Virus record (IMG/VR): IMGVR_UViG_3300036715_002448 | Location: 1 to 64,000 of that record | DNA: 64,000 bases | Strand: one strand, 5' to 3' | Origin: an uncultured virus (IMG/VR IMGVR_UViG_3300036715_002448) | Taxonomy: Duplodnaviria > Heunggongvirae > Uroviricota > Caudoviricetes | Shown: piece after piece, positions 36,877 to 47,654 of the stretch | Layout of the letters: the number at the start of each line of letters is the position of its first letter | Numbering within the stretch: the first letter of the stretch is position 1 | Made by a program: the position numbers and the translations under genes | Notes under the pieces: model-generated | Databases searched by the model: none | The model's input: the letters and a program-made list of their open reading frames with translations, nothing else | What the model was told of the DNA's origin: nothing

Positions 36877-38121
36877 TCATTTTGATGACTTTATCTTTTT
36901 CTTCAATTCAATCAAATCGGATTTATACATTTCGGTAGCAGTTAATTTTTGAATTTCTGCAAATTGATTTCTATTTTCTTTTATGTTATTTAATAAATCT
37001 TCATATTTTTCTTTTGTTAAGTTGTAAATTGGTAAATTTAATAAATAGTCAAAAGAATCATTTATTTTTTCAATTTTGGTAAGTTCTAAGTCTGTAATAA
37101 TATCTATTTTAGGCCTATTATTAATCTTAAGTTTTCCGGTTATTACAAGCTTAATAAATTCAGCTTTATTAGTAAGAACCTTGTGGTCATAATCTAATTC
37201 ATCTAATTTATATTGTTTTCTTTTATCATAAAAAGTTAATCTAAAATTGATAAAATAGTTTATTAAAGCAGTAGCTGAGTCAAATTTAATTATCTTGTTG
37301 TGCTCATCTAAACAAGTAATGTTTTCTGTTTCAGTTTCCGTCATTTTCAAAAGCCAATCTAATTGATTTTTTTTCTGACGGGTTTGCAATTCATTACGAT
37401 TGAATTTAATTATATATTCAATCTTAGATTTTTTGCAGTTATTATCATAATATAAAATATGTCCTTTTTCTTCCAAGTTGTTTAAGTGAGCCTCGTATTT
37501 TTGGTATGTTAACGAAGGTGGTAATTCTGTTACTTTAACAGTTGATGTGTTAACAATTTCATATTTTCCTTTTAGTTCAAATGTTGATGTATCATTATCT
37601 ACTTTAATAATTTCACCAGTATATTCGCTCCACCAAGGTAAAGGTTCTTTGAATTTTTTACCATCTAATGCTAACAAACAAGCATCTATAACATCATTAA
37701 CATTTCTATTTAAAATATTTGTAGCAAAACCAACTGCAATACCAGAAGTACCATTTAATAAAATAACTGGAATAATTGGCAAAAACCAATTTGGTTCTAT
37801 TTCCAAGTCTTCTTCTATTTTATATTTCAAAAGATCAAAATCTTTATATAAAGTTCTAAAATTAGCATTTAATTTTACCGAAACATAACGTGCTGCACCT
37901 GGTTCGGTAGACCTTAAAGAACCAAATTGTCCAATACCATCAAATAATGGCATGGAATTTTTAAAAGTTTGCGCCATTCCAATAATAGCTCCATCCATAG
38001 AAGAATTATGCACTACTATGTTAGATTTTCCTATTACAAAATTCTCATATTTAGGGACAGTTATATCATAAAATCGGTTTGGAGACTCTAATATATTTTT
38101 TTTAATGCTTTTTATTTTCAT
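36877..38121 (-). CDS. Split intein IntC (39 aa) + C-extein of topoisomerase II gp52/GyrA-like subunit
   Basis: FYDITVPKYENFVIGKSNIVVHN|SSMDGAI; GQFGS, catalytic AARY, LLNGTSGIAVGFAT. Confidence 0.9.
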   Translation of the reverse strand: MKIKSIKKNILESPNRFYDITVPKYENFVIGKSNIVVHNSSMDGAIIGMAQTFKNSMPLFDGIGQFGSLRSTEPGAARYVSVKLNANFRTLYKDFDLLKYKIEEDLEIEPNWFLPIIPVILLNGTSGIAVGFATNILNRNVNDVIDACLLALDGKKFKEPLPWWSEYTGEIIKVDNDTSTFELKGKYEIVNTSTVKVTELPPSLTYQKYEAHLNNLEEKGHILYYDNNCKKSKIEYIIKFNRNELQTRQKKNQLDWLLKMTETETENITCLDEHNKIIKFDSATALINYFINFRLTFYDKRKQYKLDELDYDHKVLTNKAEFIKLVITGKLKINNRPKIDIITDLELTKIEKINDSFDYLLNLPIYNLTKEKYEDLLNNIKENRNQFAEIQKLTATEMYKSDLIELKKKIKSSK

Positions 38122-39094
38122 TTTTTATTAAAGTATTTATAAATTCTTTACATTTTACTAAATTTTCTTCAGGTGTTTCAGTGTCCCAAATAACAAGAAC
38201 TCTAAAACCTCTTTCTTCTGCTAATTCTATTTTATTATTAAAGTACTCATATGTTTTAATATAATTTTCTTTAGTAAAAGGATGCACCCAATTCAATAAG
38301 GAATTATCATTTCTATAGTCAGGATGCCAATTAATGCCATTATATTCTATTATAATTTTTTTACTTAAAATTGTAAAATCATAAAGTCTGAACATGTCAT
38401 TTTTACACAAAAAGTATTCATTTTTATTATTTACAGGACTTGCATAAAACAAATCTTCTTTTATTAAATTTAACTCCGTTGTCAAATAATCAAATAGTTT
38501 AATAAAAATTTTTTCTGCTTCTTTAGAATATCCATTAAATACTACTCTAGGGTCGTACCCATATTTTTCAATACAAGTTAATCTACTTTTTTGATATGCT
38601 TTTTTGTAAAATAAAGGATCCTCTTCTAATCTTTTTTTAAGTGTATTATTTCTTTTTTCTACAACTATAGGACTTTTTATTGCTGCTGTAACTCCTAAAT
38701 GTTCTACTAGTGATTTTTTTATTTTTTCTTTTACATCAGCTCTTTGAAATACGTTTGTTATACCTTCAGTTCTTAATAAATTACGCTCCCATGCTTCTCT
38801 AGATTTTGATTTTTTAGATAAGTTATGAGCCGTTCCACAAGATAATAAATATGATTGTTTTTTTAATTCTTTTGCACATACAATAGAGCATGTTTGTTGT
38901 CCACTTTTATTTTTAAATAAAGTTCCACATATTTTACAAGGTACTATTCTCTTACAAGAAGGGCACAATGTTAGATTTCTATGTAAATCTTTTTCAAAAC
39001 AAGCATTACCTACATTTTTATAAGTATACTCGGTTCCACAATTAGTACATATCCTATTAGATTTTCTTAATATATTTAGTTCTATTGCATTCAT
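38102..39094 (-). mobile_element. Free-standing Vsr-like homing endonuclease within fractured topo II gene
   Basis: CxxC motifs; YDF...IIIEYNGINWH...AEERGFRVLVIWD; own late promoter at 39100-39114. Confidence 0.8.
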
Positions 39095-39160
39095 ATTGTT
39101 TTATTTTATATATCTTTGCAAACTTACCAAATATACCATCACGGCAATAGATATAATAAT

Positions 39161-39703
39161 TTATTTAATATATTTTAAAATATCATCAGATTCCAACAAT
39201 TCATCTGCTCTTTTCCAAATGCCGTTAGTTAGTAAAAAAGGATGATTTGCTGTGCATTTTATTAATTCGCCGCTTTCTAATAGTATTTCATATTCTACAT
39301 CTGTTATTTGTCCTAACCTAGGAAAACATCCTTCTGAAAAAACAAATTTGTTATTTTTTTCGTCAAAAGAAACAACTTTCATTTTTTTATTAGGAAATTT
39401 TTCTACCCAGTCACCTATTAGAATATAAGAACCATCTTCTAATAAAATAGGAGTATCATAAGCAAGACAGCTTCCATGATGGTACATTTGATTTGCTGCA
39501 CACCTACCACTTAATTGAAATACTTTTAGTGGTTTTTCATTTAAGGTTTTCCAAACTCTAATGGATTCGTTTATAATTTTCCTTTGAGTTGGTTTAAAAC
39601 CATCTACAACAGATGGAATTGCTCTATTTTCTACAGTGTATTTACCATATTCAGCATATTCACTGTCTAAATACTCCGTAATAGTTTTTTGTTGAGTGTT
39701 CAT
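39161..39703 (-). CDS. N-extein (78 aa) of topo II gp52/GyrA-like subunit + split intein IntN (102 aa)
   Basis: RAIPSVVDGFKPTQRK...YHHGS|CLAYDTPI; block B CTANHPF; ADELLESDDI. Confidence 0.9.
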   Translation of the reverse strand: MNTQQKTITEYLDSEYAEYGKYTVENRAIPSVVDGFKPTQRKIINESIRVWKTLNEKPLKVFQLSGRCAANQMYHHGSCLAYDTPILLEDGSYILIGDWVEKFPNKKMKVVSFDEKNNKFVFSEGCFPRLGQITDVEYEILLESGELIKCTANHPFLLTNGIWKRADELLESDDILKYIK

Positions 39704-39704
39704 A

Positions 39705-41567
39705 CTAAAAATTAATCAATTTGTCTTTGCGTAAATTTGAATTGTCACCAAACCAAATATCTAATGATTCTGAAGATTGTTTGTCTGCTGTAAGTTTTAA
39801 CAAAAATGGATTTTCAATTATTTCTTCGTACTCTGTATCTTCTAAAGCTGCAAGTCCTTTCTTATATTCTATGCTCCATTTTGTAGTTTGTGTTTTACTT
39901 GCCCATTCTTCGAAATCTTGCATAGTATAAAAATTTAACGAATCTTTTTTGTTTTTTGCTACTACAAGAGGAGTCATAACTTTATAAATCCTACCATCAG
40001 TAAACAATTCCGGCCAAAATTTGTAAAAGAAATTAGTAAGCAAAGAAGCGATAGAAGTGCCATCTGGATCTGCATCTACGTAAAACAAAATCCTACCATA
40101 TCTTAAATTTTCTGCTTTTTCACCAAATTTTAATCCTAAAGCACCCATTAAATTTTTAACTTCTTCATTTTTGATAATGTCGGTTGTTTTCATTTCATTA
40201 ACATTCAAAAATTTACCACGTAATGGGAAAGCACCAAACAAATTAGGTTCCCTACATTTTCTAACAGCCGAAAGAGCTGAATCCCCCTCAAATAAACCTA
40301 AAGAACATTGCTCCCTATGTGTTCTTGCTTTAGCATCTATAAGTTTTAGGATTTTTACATTACTTACATCCTTGTTCAATTTTCTAATTTTTGAATTCAA
40401 GTCTGCTTCTTGTTTTCTTTGAATCCAATCTAAGATAGAAGCAACAACTTCAGATGCAAATATATTTTTAATAAGTTTATCAGAAACCTCATGAGAAGAA
40501 CCAAAGTCTTTAGGTTCGGTAATAAGTTTTTCTTTAGTTTGCGAACTAAATGATGGGTTAATGATTGTACAATTAACAAAAAGCATTATGTGATTTTTTA
40601 TATCACCAGGTTTTATTTCAACTTTGTGTTTTTTCTTTATCAAAAATCGTAATTTTTCTACTATTTGATTAGTTATATGTGAAACATGAGTACCTCCATC
40701 TTTAGTTTCATTAGAATTAACAAATGAAATTGTTTCGTATCCTGCTGCGGAATATCCTACTGCTACTTCCCAATTTTCAGAACGTTCTGTCCAAGTAGTA
40801 ACAGTACTTCCATCCTCTGGATTATTAACATAAAGGTCGGCATATTCTTTAAAGGATTTAAATCTAAACCTTTCATCGTTAAATGTTATTTTCAATTCAA
40901 CATTACATGCAGCTATATCAAGCACTCTTTTCTTTAATAACAAATAATGGTCTTCATCTATTTTAGAAAGACCAAAGTATTTGAAGTCAGGAACATAAGA
41001 TATTTCTGTAAAGTTTTTTGACGACTCTGTAATTTTAACAGCCGACCTATGAGACATGTTATCTGAAAACGTTTGTAAAAATTGTTTTTGGCCATCTGCT
41101 GTTTTAACAATGAATGTTTTAGAAAATATATTTGTTAATGTACTTCCTAATCCATTTGTTCCTGCTACAACTCTATCTTCACTATCGTCAAAATTAGAAC
41201 CAGAACGAAGTTGTGAAAATATTAATTCCGGGATCCATTTTTTGTGTTGGGTATGTTGTATAACAGGAATTCCACCATTATCCTTAACAGTAATGGTGTC
41301 ATCGGTAACAGATACTACAATAGTGTTTAGATTCTTATTTCTTTTTGACTCATCTACTGCATTTGTAAGAATTTCATCAAAAATTTTAAGAAAAGCAGGA
41401 TTATAAGTTACTGATTTTCTTTGAATTTTATTATTTTCATATACAAATTCATCGGATGTTTGTTGTTTTGTAGAGCCTATGTAAGTTGAAGGACGGTGTA
41501 ATACGTGCTCTACGTCGGTTAAAACCTTGTATTTGCTTGATACTTCTTTTGCTACTTCTTTAGACAT
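39705..41567 (-). CDS. Topoisomerase II large subunit (T4 gp39+60 / GyrB-like)
   Basis: EHVLHRPSTYIGS, EILTNAVD, DNGGIP, GTNGLG, EGDSA, PLRGK, DADPDG, YKKGL. Confidence 0.95.
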   Translation of the reverse strand: MSKEVAKEVSSKYKVLTDVEHVLHRPSTYIGSTKQQTSDEFVYENNKIQRKSVTYNPAFLKIFDEILTNAVDESKRNKNLNTIVVSVTDDTITVKDNGGIPVIQHTQHKKWIPELIFSQLRSGSNFDDSEDRVVAGTNGLGSTLTNIFSKTFIVKTADGQKQFLQTFSDNMSHRSAVKITESSKNFTEISYVPDFKYFGLSKIDEDHYLLLKKRVLDIAACNVELKITFNDERFRFKSFKEYADLYVNNPEDGSTVTTWTERSENWEVAVGYSAAGYETISFVNSNETKDGGTHVSHITNQIVEKLRFLIKKKHKVEIKPGDIKNHIMLFVNCTIINPSFSSQTKEKLITEPKDFGSSHEVSDKLIKNIFASEVVASILDWIQRKQEADLNSKIRKLNKDVSNVKILKLIDAKARTHREQCSLGLFEGDSALSAVRKCREPNLFGAFPLRGKFLNVNEMKTTDIIKNEEVKNLMGALGLKFGEKAENLRYGRILFYVDADPDGTSIASLLTNFFYKFWPELFTDGRIYKVMTPLVVAKNKKDSLNFYTMQDFEEWASKTQTTKWSIEYKKGLAALEDTEYEEIIENPFLLKLTADKQSSESLDIWFGDNSNLRKDKLINF

Positions 41568-41589
41568 TTATGCTTTATTTTTCTTAAAG

Positions 41590-41617
41590 ATTATATGAGT
41601 ATTAATTTAAAAAGTTT
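41590..41617 (-). promoter_or_regulatory. AAAC-N16-CATATAAT promoter
   Basis: Exact motif upstream of the topoisomerase operon. Confidence 0.65.
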
Positions 41618-41698
41618 TATAATTGACTTTGAACAAGTTGTATTCATTTTTTATTTTTAGTTTGAATAGTATAAATATAAACAAAAAAATTGACATAA

Positions 41699-41731
41699 AA
41701 AAATCCTGATAGTACTATTATCAGGATTTTT
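41699..41731. terminator. Intrinsic terminator after tail tube gene
   Basis: AAAAATCCTGATA / TATCAGGATTTTT. Confidence 0.7.
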
Positions 41732-41862
41732 CAATATTTAACTTATTTTATAAATTCCGTATTAAGATCAATTTAGGTATGTTTTTAAAAAAATATTTGC
41801 ATTAAAAATTCCAGCAGTTTATACTAGAATCTTTGTATTACATGAAATATTAGTAGGAAATA

Positions 41863-42435
41863 TTAAACTATGTTTTCTTCCCACCAGTCAGAAGAGAATC
41901 CTACTTCAAAATCTTTTATAATTTCTCCACTTTCATAGTCTCCTTTAATTTCAGGAAGTGTTCCTAATGGTATAATAGCATGGAAAGTTCTTTGCCAGAA
42001 AATATCTCCTTTACGATTATAGTTTGTTACAATAATAGCAGCGTCGCCGCTATAATCTTTTTTCAAACCTTGTTCTCCTGTTAAAGGATTGTATGCTAAT
42101 CTCCACCAGTTACGTAAAATTTTGTATACATAAAACTCATTTGCATCATTAAGATTAAGGTTAAAACCAATCTTAATTTCTTTAGTTGTTGTATCTTCAG
42201 GTCCTGATTTAAGATAAGTACGTTTAGCAAATTTATATGCTTGGGTTTCTGTTTCAAGTCCTTTGTCCATATCAAGTCCTTCTATTTTAGTAACGTGCTC
42301 TAAAATAACATCAGATCCAGCTCTAATTGCAGAAGGTAGTATAAGTTTTACTTCGAATAAGTTACCATAAATTGGTTCTTCGTTTTTCATTGAAGCCTTA
42401 CTACTTCTATAGTGAGGTAATCCTGTTTGTGCCAT
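41863..42435 (-). CDS. Tail tube protein (gp19-like)
   Basis: Follows sheath; NLFEV, LRNWW...YNPLTG...KKDY, FSSDWWE; late promoter at 42451-42465. Confidence 0.8.
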   Translation of the reverse strand: MAQTGLPHYRSSKASMKNEEPIYGNLFEVKLILPSAIRAGSDVILEHVTKIEGLDMDKGLETETQAYKFAKRTYLKSGPEDTTTKEIKIGFNLNLNDANEFYVYKILRNWWRLAYNPLTGEQGLKKDYSGDAAIIVTNYNRKGDIFWQRTFHAIIPLGTLPEIKGDYESGEIIKDFEVGFSSDWWEENIV

Positions 42436-42513
42436 ATTTTTATCTATGTTTTTATTTTATATATCAAAACTTTTTTAAATTAGTACCTTCATTTTAGAAG
42501 GTACCAATTTTAT

Positions 42514-45500
42514 TTAGTAAAGGCCTGTGGATATTTGACCTGTTTTAAGAATGGTTGTTCTATGAACTAAAATTCCTAAACCTTGAACTGGTTCAATGTA
42601 TGTGTCAAGTATACCATAGTGAGCTTGAATAATTTCGTTTGTATTATTTGTAGTGTCCATTACATTTGAATAACTATAAACTCCGCCATCAGAAAGTACT
42701 TGTGCCATGAAATTATCCGCAAGTGTTTTAATTTCTAAACGTACTTGGGCGGTATTGTATTCCCAACGATAATTTTTCAATATTCCTTCAATTTGGTCTT
42801 GTATGTAAATAAGTAATTCTCTTACATGTGCTTGAGAAAGAGCTGATTGTACATTTTGTTGACCGGTTTGGTTAGCATTAATTACTAAACCAAATCCTTT
42901 TTTGTTAACTATTGCATTATAACCAAATGGTTCAATATAGTCAAGGTCTTGTTTGTCAAAGTTATATTCAACACCTGCTAATCCATTACCAGAAACAACT
43001 CCTCTACGAGGACCAGCTATAATAGCATATGGATTTCCTTGATTATTTTTTTCAATAAACAAGTTAGAAACATGTGCTGCAGGTGGAATTGAAACATTTG
43101 TTCCAGCTTCTCTAATAATTAAATTAGGACCATACCAAGCCCCATAATTAGAACCTTCATCGATTGTTGGTAAACTAAATACATTAGAAGGATTCAAATC
43201 AAGATTTCCACCTTGTGCAATATAATAAGTGTTAAACAATGAAGTAGAATTTGCTTTGAAAAGAGGATTAACACTTTCTTTAAATTGTTTTACAGATGGC
43301 ATATTTAAAATTGCAAATACTGAGCCGCGATTTTTAGCAAGAGTAGTTAATCTAGATTTTGAACTGCGTTCAATAGTACCTTCGAAACTATCTACAATAT
43401 AACGGAATGATATGATTTCTCTATCAGTTAAAGCTTGTGCAATATTTGTATTGTACATTACATCTAAAATTTCATTTTGACGGTCAAGTGTACCATTTGG
43501 TATTTGAGCATCTCTTAAAGTATAACCATTAAGATTAAAGAATGTATAATTTTGAGCAAAATCTTTAATATCTTTGTATCTTTGAATTTCCCAGTTACTA
43601 TCAACATAAATAGGTTCGTTAGTTGTTACTTTAATAAATCCATAAGTTGGAGATAACGGATTAGTGTCATTAATAACAGAAGTTATTTTTGTCAATCTAG
43701 ATTTTCCATTTATAGGAGAAATACTAGTTGCACCGGTTCCACCGAAATTTACTACAAGATATTGTCCTTTAACAAGACGTCCCGTAAAACCATCTTGGCC
43801 AAAAGGTCCATTAGGAGTATTATCTAACCAAACTATATTTGTTGGATTAGCTGGCGTTAAATTAGAAGATACTTTAAATTTTTCATTTATATCACCTGTT
43901 AAAGTTTTAATCAATACAACACCGCCGTTAAGATTTCCACTTAATGCATTTAAGGTTACATAATTTATTTTTTTATTCAATTTAACATTTGTTAATCCTG
44001 AACCAATAACACCAAATAAATCATTTGTAAATGTTTTAGTAAAAGAAACAATACTTGTTGAGTCACCAGCCGCTCCTGTTACTATTTTATCACCATCTGT
44101 TATTAATCCTGATTGATAGTCAGCAAACAAGTCAGAGTCTGGACCTGCAAAAACATAATTATTTCCAGAAGCACCTATAATCCAATTCATATCTGATATA
44201 ACTTTAAGGCTTCCTGTAGAACCGCTTGAAATAGCATCAATTTTATAAAAACCATCTACTAAAGAATTAACAGGACCAGCAATTCCTGAATTTGCATCAA
44301 GTGCAAGTTTAATTCCTAATAAAACAGTTTGTCCTGTCGCATCATACGTTTTAGTAACAATTTCAGAATAATTAACGGTAGAAGTAACACCTACAGCTAC
44401 AGTTGGTAAATAAGTTTTACCAATTTGTAATGTATTTACCCAATTTTCAAAATCTGAAACAGTAGCAAATGCGCTTACATAACCTGCAGGTTTGTCGGCA
44501 CTAGGTCCATAAACAGTCAAAGTATCATAACAACCCGGAACATATCCATTAGCACTTTGCATAGCTGCTGAAGATCTTAAAAGACCATTAGCAGCAACCC
44601 CGGAAGTACCACTAACGATAAAAGACATTGTGTTATTTGCAGCAGATGAATATTTCATATAACTAATAGTTTCTACAATAGAACCAGAATAAGACAAGAA
44701 ATTAACGGAAGTAGGTTGTTTCGAATTCATAGAATGTCCTACTAAGTCAATTAAGTCCCCGGATAAAAATCTTTGTTTACCTGCAAAAGTTACAGGTTGT
44801 TCATCAAACACCGATTTGTTAATAGAAATAAGTAATCCGGTTTTTGGTGTTTCTAGATTGACAATATCTTCAATAAATAAATTATTACCAACTTTATCAG
44901 AAGTTTCTGGGATTAAGCATCCTGTATAAACTCCTGCTATAGAAACTTGTGGTAAATTTAAGAAAGAAACTAATCCATCTTTTTGATTTCCATAAGCATC
45001 TATATAGATTTTTTTAAGACCATTATTATCAAAATAAGGACCAAAAATAGGGTCAATTGATAAGCTAGTGTAGTTAGAATAGTCACCGTCTAATACAATA
45101 ACATCAATCATATAATCTGATATGTAGTCATTTTCATTTAAGAATACAGGAACCTTTCCATTACCATACCATTCTTTAGCTGTAATATCAAATCCAATTG
45201 CATCAGATTTACGAATAATAACAGAAAGTTGTTTTCTACCGATATTTGCAATCGTAATTAATTTTTGGTTTGCTACACTTTGATAGTCAGAATTAGCTGC
45301 GGTGTCTTGCAAAGCTTCTGCATTTGCATACCAAAATTTATCTTTATTAAAGAATCCAGAAACTGGTGCTAATACTGCAGGTGAATTAGCTTCTGTAGAT
45401 GAACTTGAAATAGATTGGAATTGAGATTTATCAATATTGTCATCTAAGTTAAGTAAATTAAGAGCAATAATAGGGCCTTTTGTTAAACAAGTCAAGGCTG

Positions 45501-45732
45501 TTCTGTGGAAAAATGAACCTTTTCTTTCAAGAGAAGTATCACGATCTCCGTAAACAGAAGTGAAAAAATCTGTATCTGCGCAATATAATGGAGTGTTAAA
45601 AACTCCTTTTTTAGAGAACCCAATTACCAAACGAGTTGTTTGAGAAGGCACACTAATAGTTTGTGATTTGTCGAAAGTAAGACGGTACACACCGCTACTA
45701 ACAAACTGTTTTAATGATGGAGATATTGCCAT
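42514..45732 (-). CDS. Tail sheath protein (gp18-like) with large insertion
   Basis: SSGVY, GFSKKG.FNTP, AGPRRG, HVRELLIYI, WEYNT; late promoter at 45746-45760. Confidence 0.9.
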   Translation of the reverse strand: MAISPSLKQFVSSGVYRLTFDKSQTISVPSQTTRLVIGFSKKGVFNTPLYCADTDFFTSVYGDRDTSLERKGSFFHRTALTCLTKGPIIALNLLNLDDNIDKSQFQSISSSSTEANSPAVLAPVSGFFNKDKFWYANAEALQDTAANSDYQSVANQKLITIANIGRKQLSVIIRKSDAIGFDITAKEWYGNGKVPVFLNENDYISDYMIDVIVLDGDYSNYTSLSIDPIFGPYFDNNGLKKIYIDAYGNQKDGLVSFLNLPQVSIAGVYTGCLIPETSDKVGNNLFIEDIVNLETPKTGLLISINKSVFDEQPVTFAGKQRFLSGDLIDLVGHSMNSKQPTSVNFLSYSGSIVETISYMKYSSAANNTMSFIVSGTSGVAANGLLRSSAAMQSANGYVPGCYDTLTVYGPSADKPAGYVSAFATVSDFENWVNTLQIGKTYLPTVAVGVTSTVNYSEIVTKTYDATGQTVLLGIKLALDANSGIAGPVNSLVDGFYKIDAISSGSTGSLKVISDMNWIIGASGNNYVFAGPDSDLFADYQSGLITDGDKIVTGAAGDSTSIVSFTKTFTNDLFGVIGSGLTNVKLNKKINYVTLNALSGNLNGGVVLIKTLTGDINEKFKVSSNLTPANPTNIVWLDNTPNGPFGQDGFTGRLVKGQYLVVNFGGTGATSISPINGKSRLTKITSVINDTNPLSPTYGFIKVTTNEPIYVDSNWEIQRYKDIKDFAQNYTFFNLNGYTLRDAQIPNGTLDRQNEILDVMYNTNIAQALTDREIISFRYIVDSFEGTIERSSKSRLTTLAKNRGSVFAILNMPSVKQFKESVNPLFKANSTSLFNTYYIAQGGNLDLNPSNVFSLPTIDEGSNYGAWYGPNLIIREAGTNVSIPPAAHVSNLFIEKNNQGNPYAIIAGPRRGVVSGNGLAGVEYNFDKQDLDYIEPFGYNAIVNKKGFGLVINANQTGQQNVQSALSQAHVRELLIYIQDQIEGILKNYRWEYNTAQVRLEIKTLADNFMAQVLSDGGVYSYSNVMDTTNNTNEIIQAHYGILDTYIEPVQGLGILVHRTTILKTGQISTGLY

Positions 45733-45770
45733 ATTTTTATTTAGTTTTATTTTATATATCTTTTTGATTT

Positions 45771-47654
45771 TTAAAAAATGTCATATATGTCTTCTACTTT
45801 TTCTCCATCTTCATAAGTTTCATAAATTTCATCTATTAATTTCTGTTTATCAGGATCTAATAAGTCAAAAAATTCTTCTACAATTTCTTCAAAGTCATTT
45901 GTTTCCAAGATTGCTGCCGCGGTTATAGAACTCATAAAAAGGTCATCATGACCTGCCTGTGCAGAATAGGTTCCATTTGGATTTCTTGAAAACATTTTAG
46001 CCTCATCTACTGTGTTCGTTTCTAATAATTGCATCCTTCCATTACCTATACATTCTCTTAAAAATTCTGAATATAGTATTTTGTTTTCTTTTCCATAACG
46101 AATTCCTATAGATTTATGAATAGAAGTTACTCTATGTTTGAATTTAACAAAAGTTTCTTCATCAAAATCGTTTTTATGTGGATATAAAGTGATAAGATTT
46201 TTAACAAGTTCAGATCCATAAGTGTTATATTCTAACATTATTCGGATATTTTCTTGATTAAAAATATTTACAGATAACTCATAAAGAATTTTTGCATAAT
46301 CTTCACCACTAATTAAATTATTTCTAAAAACTCCAATTTGCTTTAATCCGAAAAATTTAGAAAAATTAGCCGCATTTTTGATATTCAAAATGTCACTATT
46401 TTCTAATGTAACAACTTCGAATATGTTAATAACAGAATAGTCACGTCCAACTCCTTCAGCTAAATCAACTGAAAATACATAAAAATTAGGGGAATTGAAA
46501 AAATCATCTACATCAACATCAGGATCCCACTTTAAATTAGAATAATCTACATATATATCATCTAATGCATCAAATTCTCTAAATACAAAATCTTTTTTAT
46601 TCCTATCTAAACGTAAAATTTGTTCAGCATTAAGCAATAATGAAGATGATGAAAGAAATTGGCAACCATATTGTTTGTTAAATTCTTCTTCTGACCCCAA
46701 ATTGGCTATTTCACGTGCTTTCCAAGCTTCATCTCTACCTGGAACCTGCCACCAATCTACTCTTAACGGTTTATATTCGTTCATTCCGTCCAATGCATCT
46801 TGGAACAAGTCATGAAATAAATCATATCCATTAGGAGTTGATGAAATAATTACCCTTGATACTTTTGAAGAAGAAAGTGTAGGATAAATATTACCATAAA
46901 AAGGCCTTTTAATATTTTCTTGAATATGAGCAAACTCATCCAAGAATAATAAATGAATAGTAAAACTAATACCAGAAGTTTTTGTAGTGTTTTGTGTTAT
47001 AATACGACATTTGTTATCAAATATCATAGTACCTACATCTTTTTTCATTATACCTGGTTTTAAGAAAAATGGAAGGCCTTCAATAATATTTCTAATTTTG
47101 TCCATAATTTCTTTTGTAGTAGCACCCTTATTCGCAATAAGTAGTGCATTTTTTTCAAATTGAAATAATGTAAACCAAATTAAAAAAATAGATGAAGTAA
47201 TTGTATTATGGGAAAGTATATCATTAGTCCAATATCTGTGATCGTCTGAATTAACAGTTAAATCAAACATTGCAACTTTTTTATTGTATTTTTCTAAAGA
47301 AGTAATAGTGGAAATTCCAGATTTTGTTATAATAGTAGACCCTATTTGAAGATCTTTAACAAAAACCTCTTTGTAATTTTTATCAAAAACTATGTGATTA
47401 TCAGCACATTCTAAAAACTTACCACAGGAAGTTTTTAATTTATATATGGTGTATGGTTGTGTTTGATGTATGTTTGTAGCTGGTTGCCATCCTGAGTCAG
47501 TGTCGACAAAATAACCATCTAACTCAACAGTGTTTTGGATTTTTTTAGTTATGTCATCTTCATCTAGTTTAGAATTTCTAAATTCATATTTTTCAATTAA
47601 TTGTATAATTAATAATATAAAAAAAATTAATGGTCTTTTAAAAATTGTAAACAT
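45771..47654 (-). CDS. terL: Long split intein IntC (150 aa) + C-extein of terminase large subunit
   Basis: Block B CADNH and DLTVNSDDHRYWTNDILSHN|TITSS; LFLDEFAHI, SSTPNG, VDLAEGVGRDYS, GHDDL. Confidence 0.9.
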   Translation of the reverse strand: MFTIFKRPLIFFILLIIQLIEKYEFRNSKLDEDDITKKIQNTVELDGYFVDTDSGWQPATNIHQTQPYTIYKLKTSCGKFLECADNHIVFDKNYKEVFVKDLQIGSTIITKSGISTITSLEKYNKKVAMFDLTVNSDDHRYWTNDILSHNTITSSIFLIWFTLFQFEKNALLIANKGATTKEIMDKIRNIIEGLPFFLKPGIMKKDVGTMIFDNKCRIITQNTTKTSGISFTIHLLFLDEFAHIQENIKRPFYGNIYPTLSSSKVSRVIISSTPNGYDLFHDLFQDALDGMNEYKPLRVDWWQVPGRDEAWKAREIANLGSEEEFNKQYGCQFLSSSSLLLNAEQILRLDRNKKDFVFREFDALDDIYVDYSNLKWDPDVDVDDFFNSPNFYVFSVDLAEGVGRDYSVINIFEVVTLENSDILNIKNAANFSKFFGLKQIGVFRNNLISGEDYAKILYELSVNIFNQENIRIMLEYNTYGSELVKNLITLYPHKNDFDEETFVKFKHRVTSIHKSIGIRYGKENKILYSEFLRECIGNGRMQLLETNTVDEAKMFSRNPNGTYSAQAGHDDLFMSSITAAAILETNDFEEIVEEFFDLLDPDKQKLIDEIYETYEDGEKVEDIYDIF

